Part shown: in pieces, positions 38,001 through 49,497 of the stretch | Position numbering within the stretch: the stretch's first letter is position 1 | Layout of the letters: each line of letters starts with the position of its first letter | Translations under genes and position numbers: made by a program | Notes under the pieces: generated by a model | Seen by the model: the letters and a program-made list of their open reading frames with translations, nothing else | Database searches by the model: none | Told to the model about the DNA's origin: nothing | From: Oopsacas minuta | Taxonomy: Eukaryota; Animalia; Porifera | NCBI GenBank assembly: GCA_024704765.1 | Contig: JAKMXF010000111.1 | Span: 359,113-423,112 of the forward strand | Length of the DNA: 64,000 nucleotides | Direction: 5' to 3'

Positions 38001-41000
38001 TTCAAAGTCTAATCCTCCATTAGTAAGTTTCCCAAATCCTCCAACTAAAACATGATATGTTTTATTAACTGATTCCAATAGCTTATTATTTATATGGGGG
38101 ACGCAGAAAATGACCCAAAACCGAAGTCGGAATTTGACCTAAAATATTAGCTTGGGAGAGCATGTATATAATGATTAATTAATTAAGTTTAATAAACCGT
38201 TTTGTTTTCTAAATGGATTTATAAAAATGGATTTCTAGAAACGAGGACGTGATAGGACAATTTATATTGCATTAATTAGAAACTCTTTACCATTGGGAGG
38301 GGATTAGGGATTTAGTTCACTTCCTTATTGGTCTGGGAGTTTCATTTGTACTCGTTGTTAAGCTACCTATGGGCGGGGATGTGGACAGAGTGCAAATTTT
38401 GTGTTTGTATCTACTTTTGTTGGATATATTATTAGAAAACCGTTTGCAAATTCCTACTACCAATATTATTGTGGGTCAAATTCATGAGTCCCTTTATATG
38501 ATATTGTAGTATTGCCATTATACCAACCTGTTGTTACAGATGAAGGTCTTTTGCATAGAAAAGCATTTATCGTTGTTGTTTCACAGTCTACTGTCCCCCA
38601 ACTACCCTCTCCAGCTCTTATTATGTCAACACAATCTTCATTACTAATAGATAGTTCGCTCCCTGTCCAGTTTGTATGACTATATACTGAACCATCAGTC
38701 CAGGTATATGTTCCCTCTACACTCCTATCATTCAATCCTATCCAGCAATTACTCACTGTATCAGGGATAATAGTGTATAAGTAATTATTCTCTCTCTCTG
38801 TAGTGATACTAGTCAAGTCACCACCCCATACAGCACAACTAGATTGAGCATCTAACCAGTTGATTCCATCACTTATTTCAAATAATCGATAGCAAGATCC
38901 TTCATAGATCAGATCACATCCTTGTGAGTTACCTATCAAATTAAGTAACTAAATTAAATAAAAGTATTTTCAACAGTTTAGTAAATTGAAAGGAACAAAA
39001 TACATTATATTATATTATATTTCCCAGTTTAGAATTTTCCTTCCTTATCTGTATTATTTTAGTGTCACCATTGTCCAGGATTTATACATCAATACAGGAT
39101 TCTCGAGAATAATATTTTGAATACTCGGTTGTTAAAATTATGTGATTAGAGATCAACTCCCTGAAGATGTCTAGTTTTACCCATAGCATACTATTGCTAT
39201 ACATAACACATCATAACTCATTTTAGAACCTGCATGCAGTTAATATATAATCTTGCTATCACACAGCTATGTCTTTAGCTTTTCTGAAAAATATCCGTAG
39301 ATTCTTAAACTGGTTACCAATACCAGCGGCAGCTTTGTAATGTTAAATGAGATCTCACGCTATTTCTATTACAAAATTGAACATCCATTTATATTTCAGG
39401 GGCGGATCTAGAAAAATCTGGTGGGGGGGTATGCCGCCTACCCAAACGTCATAATATTCAATTATTGGATTTTGCTCTTTTACTTTATCATTATTTGTTT
39501 TTTCCCTTATTTTAACAAATTGTAATTATACTATAACAGCCAGTATTTCTCAATATGTAGTGTTTTAACCCAGCATCAACAAATATTTCATAGTGATGTA
39601 TGGATTTTATGCGATTTTTATGTTAGGCTTAATCTCCATGACCAATTTAACCATTTTGACAAGTATTCTAAGGTACTCCAAAATAATTGTGTTCTTAATA
39701 CAAACATTATGTATGTGTGACGAAATAAATAATTTCACAAAGCTGGTGGGGGGGTATGCATACCCCCCATACCCCCCCCTAGATCCGCCACTGTTATATT
39801 TTTATATAAATTCTTGTCAAATGATTATTTATATATTGTCCAGGATCTTGCCCAGGACTTTGAAAAATATTTCCTCGAGAATTCCAGAAATATTAATGTA
39901 TGATGCTCCAATATACTGGAATTAGAACTAAATATGCTGGTCACCGTAAAATGTATTTTAGAGGCTTATTTTTTACTACAATCACTTACCTGCTTTGTTG
40001 CAGAAGTAACAAGACCTGGTAAGGGCACAACGTCTATTAATCCAACCGGTTGATAATACACCTCCATTACTTTGGTATCTGAATCTAACACAGTCATTAT
40101 CAGCAGCTTCTGAGGGACTTGCAATTCCAAAGTTTGATTGGAAGTTCCTATAAGTACTGTTACTACCATCAACCCATACAAATGCACTAGCATCAGTACC
40201 TGCCTCTACATCTATATCATTTAGACCAATTAAACATGAAAAAGCATTATCTAAATCTGTTATGCTATAGAACAATAAGCTGTCTTCTATTGTTGACTTG
40301 ATTGTAGCAAGATTTCCTCCCCAGTTGATGCAATAGAGTTGTGCAGTTATCCAGTTGATCCCAGTGGAAATTGTAAAATATCCAAAGGCGTTATCTTCTG
40401 ATATAAATTCTTCTTCTGGGTTCATTGCTAACAAACAAGATTATTATTATTATATTAATCATCAAATTTTGATTTCCATGAGTATAAAATGCATTACATA
40501 TATCAAGTAACTATTACCTGTAATAGCTGGTGAAGATGAAAGAGTAATTTGTATAGCACACACATCAACTCCATCCCAGTTGTTAATTTGGAATTGGTAT
40601 AGCCCAGCATTTCCTTCCATGAAATCCTCAATTGTTGTAGTGGATCCAGTAGGCTCTGCTACCCCAAGAACAGTCCATTTTCCAACAATATTGGTAGAGA
40701 GAGTAATATCTTGCGTTGATAATGGAATATCGAACACATTCATAGCTGGACAGACAGCCGTGAATTTACTAAGACTGATGCTACCAATTTCAATTGTTAA
40801 TTCTGGAACTAAAGGAATAGACAATATAAATACATGTATTGTGGAATCCACAATGAAATATGTGCAAATGGAGACCAATACGATCTTTCCGCATCATTTC
40901 ATCCTAATGGCCAGTCCATTATGTCATTTATATGGCTGTACTAATATGTTCCCCTCACAGCCTACGAAACCAAAGCCTATCCACGATATTTAACAATGGA

Positions 41001-44000
41001 TAACTTTAAGTCTCTTAAAATTGACTTGCAATTTTATTTTTATCGATAAAACAAAACCGGTGCATTTTGGCTCCAATAAATGTATAATTGATGGTTTTTT
41101 AATTTACAAATGCCATATTATCCAACTATTACCAGTTTGAAATGACGTCATCTGTTTGGTTAGTAGGGTAAAATGTTGTACTATTTTGAGGCTCTGATAA
41201 ACGATCACTACTGCCTCTTCCATTCCAGAATTTATATCAAGTGATATAAGGATGTTTATACATATATTATAAATTTTTGTAATTATTAAGTTGTCACGTT
41301 ACTGAGTTCTATTAGATACCATGGATGGCACATATTTCGGCAATATCGACTTTTAACTCGATAGTCGCTAGAATTATTATCAATTAAGTCCAACAAATAT
41401 GTGCTACATAGCCAACGTCCCATACCCTTGTCATATATTTTCATATGATATCTCAAACCGGTATGACGCAATCGTGATTATGCCCATATTTGGTTATTAT
41501 CAAGATTACGCAATAGTGCTTCAAGATATCATATGAAAATATATTACAAGGGTATGGAAAGTTGGGTATGCAGCACATTTTGGTTGGACTTAATTGATAA
41601 TAACTCTAGCGACTATCGAGTTAAAAGTCGATATTGCCGAAATATGTGCCATCCATGGTACCTAATATAACTCAGTAACGTGACAACTTTATCATTACAA
41701 AAATTTTATAATTTATATATAAACATCCTTAGATCACTTGGTAGTAATTTTGGAATCGAAGATGCAGTAGTAATCGTTTATCAGAGTTGTAAAAATGGTA
41801 CATTTTTCACGATATTTTTCCCTTCTAACCAAACAGATGATGTAATTTCGAGCTGATAATAGTTGGATACTATGGCATTTGTAAATTAACCATCAATTAT
41901 ACATTTATTGGAGCCAAAATGCACCGGTTTTGTTTTATCGATAAAAATATAATTGCAAGTCACATTTAATAGACTTGATGGTCCATGAAATTCTAGTCCG
42001 TGGATAGGCTTTAGTTGCGTGAGTTGTGTGTTCTCCTGTATACTACATATCAGATAATGAAACATCATTGATTAAATTGTTACCCTGCACGCTGATAAAG
42101 TTTGAAAATATTATACTTGAATCTCTCACACAATTTAAGCCAGTAGATTGTTCTGGTAAATTATTCCTCTCATTGTATATGTTGATAGGATTCAAGAAAT
42201 CTCCACTACCTGTTAGAGACCACTTCAGCATACTTAAATCACCACTGACCACAGGATCACATAACAGTAATACATCCTCTCTGTCTACTCCTACTATATA
42301 TACAAATGGAGTACCTTCTGTTGCAACTAAATGGAACAATTTAATGTCAATAGATTAGTAAGTGGGACAATAATATATAGAAATATGTTAAAACACACAA
42401 AGATATATTCACCTGTTGTTGATGAATTATCATATAATCCAATCGTATAAGTTTCTGAATTGACTTGACACTGATAATATCCTTGTTTGGTAATATCAAC
42501 TGTTAACCAGCTCCATCCTGCTACCATATTCTCATAGGTTGCTGTTTCTGGCTGACTAGATGATAGATCTGAATTCTCTGAAAATAGCCATGTAATTGCG
42601 ATATTCTTTTCTCCTCCATAAGCTAATGTATGTGGGCTGAACAAAAATGTGTTTTCACTAATTGTTACAAATTCTAATCTTCCATTAGCAAGTTGTCCAA
42701 ATCCTCCAGCTAAAGCAAGAAATAATATAATGCTGAATTCAATAGCTACTATATATGGTATTGTAGTATTGTTTTGATACTGACCTGTTGTTACAGATGA
42801 TGGCCTTTTGCATAGAAAAGCATTTATCGTTGTTGTTTCACAGTCTACAATCTCCCAACTACCCTCTCCAGCTCTTATTATGTCAACACAATCTTCATCA
42901 ATAACAGTTGGTTCACTCCCTGTCCAATTTGTATGACTATATACTGAACCGTCAATCCAGACATAAGTTCCATCTCCATCTCTATCATTCAATCCTATCC
43001 AGCAATTACTCACTGTATCAGGGATAATAGTGTATAAGTAATTATTCTCCCTCTCTGTAGTGATACTAGTCAAGTCACCACCCCATACAGCACAACTAGA
43101 TTGAGCATCTAACCAGTTGATTCCATCACTTATTTCAAATAATCGATAGCATGATCCTTCATAGATCAGATCACATCCTTGTGAGTTACCTATCAAATTA
43201 AGTAACTAAATTAAATAAAAGTATTTTCAACAGTTTAGTAAATTGAAAGGAACAAAATACATTATATTATATTATATTTCCCAGTTCAGGATTTTCCTTC
43301 CTTATCTGTATTATTTTAGTGCCACCATTGTCCAGGATTTATACATCAATACAGGATTCTCGAGAATAATATTTTGAATACTCGGTTGTTAAAATTATGT
43401 GATTAGAGATCAACTCCCTGAAGACGTCTAGTTTTACCCATAGCGTACTATTGCTATACATAACACATCATAACTCATTTTAGAACCTGCATGCAGTTAA
43501 TATATAATCTTGCTATCACACAGCTATGTCTTTAACTTTTCTGAAAAATACCCGTAGATTCTTAAACTGGTTACCAATACCAGCGGCAGCTTTGTAATGT
43601 TAAATGAGATCTCACGCTATTTCTATTACAAAATTGAACATCCATTTATATTTTTATATAAATTCTTGTCAAATGATTATTTATATATTGTCCAGGATCT
43701 TGCCCAGGACTTTGAAAAATATTTCCTCGAGAATTCCAGAAATATTAATGTATGATGCTCCAATATACTGGAATTAGAACTAAATATGCTGGTCACCGTA
43801 AAATGTATTTTAGAGGCTTATTTTTTACTACAATCACTTACCTGCTTTGTTGCAGAAGTAACAAGACCTAGTAATGGTGCAAGCTCTATTAATCCAACCG
43901 GTTGATAATTCTCCTGCGAAATTGTTATATCTGGTTCTAACACAATCATGATTAGCGATTTCTGAGGGACTTGGTATACCAGGATTTGATTGGAAGTTTC

Positions 44001-44998
44001 TATAAGTACTGTTACTACCATCTACCCACACAAATGCACTAGCATCAGTACCAGCCTCTACATCTATATCATTTAGACCAATATAACATGAAACATAGCT
44101 TATATCAGGTTCTGGTGCACTATAAAACAATAAGGATTCTTCTATTGTTGACTTGATTGTAGCAAGATTTCCTCCCCAGTTATTGCATTCTAATTCGGCA
44201 TTTGTCCAATTTATTGGGCTCGCTATGAAGTATCCAAATGTTGTATCATCATATGTTAGAGAAATATTAGGAGTTTGTGCTTAAGAAAGAGATAAAGAAC
44301 ATGTTATTGAATTTATACGTTGGTATATTGACTAGCTAATTCTATACTAAATTGTTTAACCGAACCGTTTTGCAAAGTCCTTGTACATATATATCCTAAT
44401 ATTTACGTATAATTGTAGATTATGTGTCGGACAAATATTACAATTATTATATCGTTAAATGTATACCATGTGGCCGTCCAAACTTTGATTGAATTACTAG
44501 GACCTGCATTACGATATTGTAAGGAACCTCTAGCCAAGCGTATCGTAGCAGGTAGCAAATATGGATACATTGAATTGAACTCCACGAATTGTGGATTATT
44601 ATGGTATCCAATGCTATATTATTGGGCTGTAGCTTGGCTCGTATCAACAGTATAACCCTATGAATATTGGTTTGGCAGAAACCTAACCAACCTGGCCGCC
44701 TTTATAGCAATGAGTATATGCTAGGGTCAATTATGATATTTACCTATTCTGTTTATTAACGACCCCCAAGTGCAGTAGCTGGACAAAGGTCGTCATGACA
44801 GACACCCGCTACAAGCTATCGTATAAAAGTTATGATAATAAGGTTCGACTGTTTATGAAAAGTACGCACATGCATATACTTATTTGCTATTAGCTAAGGC
44901 AGAAATTTTAAACATAATAGATAGTTACCTGCTAAGATGCCGTAAAGTGAAGCACTTATCGTGAACAATAGAACAACTTGATAAAAGTTAGTTCCCAT
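32073..44998 (-). CDS. Gene B: C-type lectin / Ig-like receptor with a single atypical protein tyrosine phosphatase domain (at least 2421 codons)
   Basis: Exons: 44998-44929 (signal MGTNFYQVVLLFTISASLYGILA), 44279-43842, 43189-42785, 42709-42413, 42326-42084, 40808-40518, 40427-39990, 38932-38528, 38044-37748, 37661-37419, 37228-36938, 36842-36408, 36247-35846, 35779-35483, 35293-35048, 34848-34573, 34507-34205, 34135-33851, 33753-32153 (Ig-like, TM, PTP). A small terminal exon near 32105-32073 is uncertain. Confidence 0.85.
32153..32890 (-). other. PTP domain of gene B with degenerate catalytic motifs
   Basis: KNPFKNILPFD, YINASY, IATINP, DFLQM, CYWP, PIWNED, IIIHCEDGISKTG, RRQRMNMVPTL. Confidence 0.9.
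38098..38492. mobile_element. MITE with a 9-bp TSD (Mutator-like)
   Basis: TIRs GGGACGCAGAAAATGACCCAAAA and (reverse complement) GGGACTCATGAATTTGACCCACAA; TSD TTTATATGG/TTTATATGA. The paralogous intron 42710-42784 is empty. Confidence 0.75.
39397..39793. mobile_element. hAT-type MITE (397 bp)
   Basis: TIRs CAGGGGCGGATCTAG / CTAGATCCGCCACTG; perfect TSD TTATATTT; empty site at about 43646. Confidence 0.9.
40956..42028. mobile_element. Foldback element (1073 bp, Mutator-like 9-bp TSD) in a gene B intron
   Basis: Arms of about 500 bp are inverted around about 41495; TSD TGTTCCCCT/TGTTCTCCT; the paralogous intron 37229-37418 is empty. Confidence 0.88.
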
Positions 44999-46081
44999 CT
45001 CAGTTCAAGTTAGTTTGTTTCATATAATGCCAATGAATTTATTCCATAATTTACAATTTATTATTCCTAAATTCAACATGCAAAGAAGATTAGTTACAAA
45101 TGAAATACGAGAACTCTATGAATTCATCCAAATGAGTTAAGTGGAATTATTGCAACATAGAAGATAGTTCAGTGGTTCGACTACGTTTTGAAAGTATAAT
45201 ATTGGATAATTACTTTTCTTGAGTTTACTATGCAACATTCTTATTCTAATAAACTCTATAATGAGTTAGGTAACAACATGTAAGAGATTTCAGTAATTCT
45301 CAAAGCAGATTACTTTATGTAGTTTTACTTAGCTTCAGAATTGAGTCATTTATGCCGCGGTTCATAGACTGCTATACTCAACTGTATTGTAAATTGCAAA
45401 TAGATTGTGGAAGATATCTCGAATATTGTTGATTCGCCTTCACTCATTTTACCATTTCATTTGTCCAACTATCAATAGCCAGTATAATTTATGTAAATTG
45501 AGTTATCTTATCCATGAATTTGAGTTCATAATTCAAATTCAAGATATTTCATTACATTCAAGAATTATAGTAGGTTTGCATGTCAATCGACTCGACTTAA
45601 TTACACTAGCTTATGTCCAGATCTGAGACGTTTTAATCGTGAGATATCCCTGACGATTGTATTGACATTGTAAGTGGATATATTTCTGGTGTATTCATGT
45701 GGATTATAACTAATATCTCATTTCAAACTTTTGCCATGCAAAATACTCCGAATTCGCCTCTTTATACATTATTATTTTCTATTTCCTCTAGCCTTGCTAT
45801 GCTACCTACTTTTCTCTGATGAACAAGTATTGTACTATTCATTTCTAACTCCATAGGTCTGCTCAACATTTACTTATATACTCAGTATTATGGCCTCTGA
45901 GATTTTTAGATTGTATTATGTTTTTGCGTTTTATTGTATAGATTGACTATAATTTAGTATTTATGGTGAAATCAGACAACTCAACAATTACACAACACAA
46001 ATAATCAAAAGGACAAATTTTTAAACAATATGGCAGCAGGTAATGTTCAGATACTCATCATACACTTCTTTCTCCAACTCA

Positions 46082-46376
46082 CTATAGTATTGCAGTATCA
46101 TAGTAGTACTCATTCTTCAGTGCGAAGCAAGATAAGTAGTGATTCTAGAAAATATACATATATACAGTTCCACACTGAAAATGGCTCAAAATGTAAGCAT
46201 TTCGGTCGAATGTGCAAATTTTAGTTTGAAACAATAGGTTGTGGGGAAAATAGTAACTCACTAACTCTGGGATAGAATTCATTCTTTCACTTCTCAATTT
46301 CTTGATAATTTGGAAAATGTCAACCTCATTCCTCCCAATACTTTCCTGTATAGCACTAAAGAGGAGTTCTACCAGT
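46082..46376 (-). pseudogene. Orphan 3' end of a receptor PTP gene (two exons)
   Basis: 46376-46262 reads LVELLFSAIQESIGRNEVDIFQIIKKLRSERMNSIPEL|gtgagt; 46144-46082 reads NHYLSCFALKNEYYYDTAIL*. This matches the PTP C-terminal VDIF..V..LR..R..M pattern. No upstream exons found. Confidence 0.65.
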
Positions 46377-47111
46377 CTAAAACACAATTAATCTCAATTT
46401 AATTTATCCGTTTTATGCATACAAATGTATAGGATAGATTATGAAGTAATTTGACTGAGGTTTGCTGTACTATCAGTATATGGAAAATTTAACTTTAGAG
46501 ATATATTCTTACATTTATCTGTGTTGTAGGCAGTTAAAGAGTTAAATTGCTCAAATTACTATTAATAATAGAATTCTTGTGTATTGGAGAAGTTCTGTTT
46601 GGAAAGATGTTATTTTATGATGAAGGAATGAGAACAGAATATTTGTTCATTTTGATAGTATTTGTGCTGCAGATATTGTCAGCTATTGGACAAGGTAATA
46701 AATATATGTGAATTTACTGGGTATTACTTATAAGAACACTAGTTATCTAATATAGGAACCATCCTCTTGAAAACGGTTCTCATATTTTGTATAATTTACA
46801 ACGATTATGAGAACATATGTAGCTACTTCCAAGGGTGTTCTTATAAGCGATAACCATTGTGTATACAAATAGCAGTTAAATTCGTACTCATTTTGCTGAG
46901 TACACAAGTATAAATCGAAAATTCCTTATTTATAATATATAGAAGGGGATGATATTTCATTATTCTCGTAAGAGTTTTGATGGGATTTATGATTTCTTAA
47001 TTTTCTAGAACCTCAAATAACAATATCAACCATAAGCACCCCTTACACAGACTTACCTCCTGACAGCAACACTGCAGAAATATTGTACTAACTCAGGATG
47101 TTGCTTTAGAA

Positions 47112-49497
47112 CAGGGGTGCCCAACATACGGCCCGCGGGCCAAATCTGGCCCGCGTAATAATTTTATCCGGCCCGCACAAAATTTGCACTTTGTAATATA
47201 TACTATTTCTTCATGAACAATTCCTAAGCCACATTTCGATAGCATTCATACTGGGTGTCGAATTTCAATGTATTTGACATTTTGAGGATTCTTATTGATT
47301 TTAATACACGACAGGTGCATGTGTTTAGTAATAATAATCCTTAGCAGTGTATAAATATAAACTAGTATAATTCTAAGCTTATAATTGAAATTCAGATACT
47401 GCGTTTACTCATCTCCTAAATTACCTGTAGAATATATATATCATTTATATTAATGGAGCCTTGTTCTAAGAAAAGGAAAGTTGATATCGAGAGTAGAACT
47501 TTCAACGACAGCTGGACCGAGAAATACTTTTTCACCAACTTGCTTAATATGCAAGCAAGTCATCGCAGTGATGAAAGAGTACAACATCCAAAGACACTAT
47601 AGTGCTAAACATCAAGATTACAAAGCATGCTCAGGGCAGATACGGAAGGATAGAGTACAATCATTAATAAGGGAACTTTCGGTACAGCAAAATATTTTTA
47701 CAAATACTAATTTCTGAGTCAGAAAAAGCTGTTCGTGCAAGCTTTGCCATTTCCAACCTTATTGCAAAGAAATATAAGCCATTTACTGATGGTGAATTTA
47801 TCAAGGAGTGTCTTATTACTTTGGCGCAAATTATGTGCCCAGAGAAACAGAAGTTATTTGAAAACATTAGCCTTTCAAGAATGACAATTAGCCGTAGGAT
47901 AGAGAACTTATCAACAGACTTAAAACTTACTTTAGAAAAACGTGTGAGTGAGTTCCAGTACTATTCTCTGGCCCTTGATGAGAGCACAGATGCCACTGAT
48001 ACTGCCCAACTTGCTGTTTTTGTAAGAAGAATCGATTCAAAGTTTAATCTTACAGAAGAATTGGCGAACTTACACAGCCTTCACGATAAAACAACTGGAG
48101 TTGATATTTATAAAGCGGTGATGAATGGAATTGATGCTATCGGACTTAAGTTGAATAATTTATGTGAGGTAACGACAGATGGCGCACCATCAATGATTGG
48201 GAAGGAAAGGGGCTTCGTTGCTCTTCTGGAGAAAGAAAGGATCAATTCAGGAAGTAGTACTATGAAATTAGTCACAGTGCATTGTATAATTCACCAGGAA
48301 AATCTCTGTTCAAAGTCATTAATAATGCAGGGTGTAATGGAAATAGTAGTGAAAACTGTCAACTTCATTCGTGCTCGAGGACTCAATCATCGACAATTTC
48401 GAAAACTTTTAGACGAAATGGATTCTCAATATGGAGACCTTCTTTACTATACGGAAGTACGATGGTTAAGTAGGGGTGCGATGCTTCGACGCTTTTATGA
48501 ACTCAAAGAAGAAGTATTTCATTTTATGGAGGAGAAGGGGAAACCAGTTTTTCATCTCAATGATCCATTATGGTTGTGTGACTTGGCATTTTTGGTCGAT
48601 ATCACTCAATATTTGAATAACCTCAACTCAAAATTACAAGGAAAAATCTGCTTATTCACAATTTGTTTGACTTCATTTGCGCTTTTGAAAGAAAGCTCGA
48701 GATATGGGAAAAACAATTAATAGAAGGAAATCTTTATCACTTTGAAACCTTATCAAAACATTCCCCTCCAGATACAGGTGTATACGCAATCGAAATCAAT
48801 TCCCTGCACAAAGAATTCAAGAATAGATTTAAAGATCTTCGTAGCAATATTGTAAACTACGCTATATTCTCAAATCCTTTCTCTTTAGAACCTATTGAAC
48901 TCCCCGAGCATCTCCAGCTAGAATTGGTTGACATGCAATGTAACCAGGACTTGAAAGCAAAATTCAATGATGTCACACTGATGGACTTTTATCAAAAGTA
49001 TTTATCATCATCAGATTACCCCAATCTTATCAAGCATTGTAAGATGATGGCTTGTTTATTTGGGAGCACATACATATGTGAACAACTGTTCTCCCAAATG
49101 AAGCTAGTAAAAAGCAAATGCAGAACTGTTTTAACTGATAGACATCTCGAAGATACATTAAGAATAGCTACTACGGATATGGAACAAAACATCGACCATA
49201 TAGTCAGACCTATGCGTCATCAATCGTCATCCATGTCAAAGTAGTAAATCATTGTCTGTACTCGTATTAGCGGTGGTAAAATGAGTATTCGGGTTTCTTA
49301 TTAGTTAGTATTTTTGATCATTTTCTGTAGTCTGCCAATATTTCATTTGTGTGTTCCCTTTCTGTAGCATTTCCACTTGGATATTCCAACAAATTTTCTC
49401 TAAATAAATCTGAAAATTATAAATTGGTCCATGTGGCCCCACCAAACTATTGAGGAAGCCAATGTGGCCCGAAATTAAATCGAGTTGGGCACCCCTG
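47112..49497 (+). mobile_element. hAT transposon of the SPIN/Charlie (GTF2IRD2-like) type, 2386 bp, frameshifted
   Basis: Perfect 14-bp TIR CAGGGGTGCCCAAC; TSD CTTTAGAA (47104-47111 / 49498-49505). Transposase runs from ATG 47453 (KRKVD..R.F...W) through SLALDESTD, TTDGAP, HCIIH, RWLSRG and GSTYICEQLFS to 49244. Confidence 0.95.

Larger units (their letters stand above)
36900..44200. repeat. Recent internal tandem duplication of the five-exon module in gene B (period ~3.6-4.7 kb depending on insertions)
   Basis: Exons and introns are near-identical between 36.9-40.0 kb and 40.5-43.85 kb. Intron 38933-39989 equals intron 43190-43841 plus 405 bp (a 397-bp MITE and its 8-bp TSD). Confidence 0.9.
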
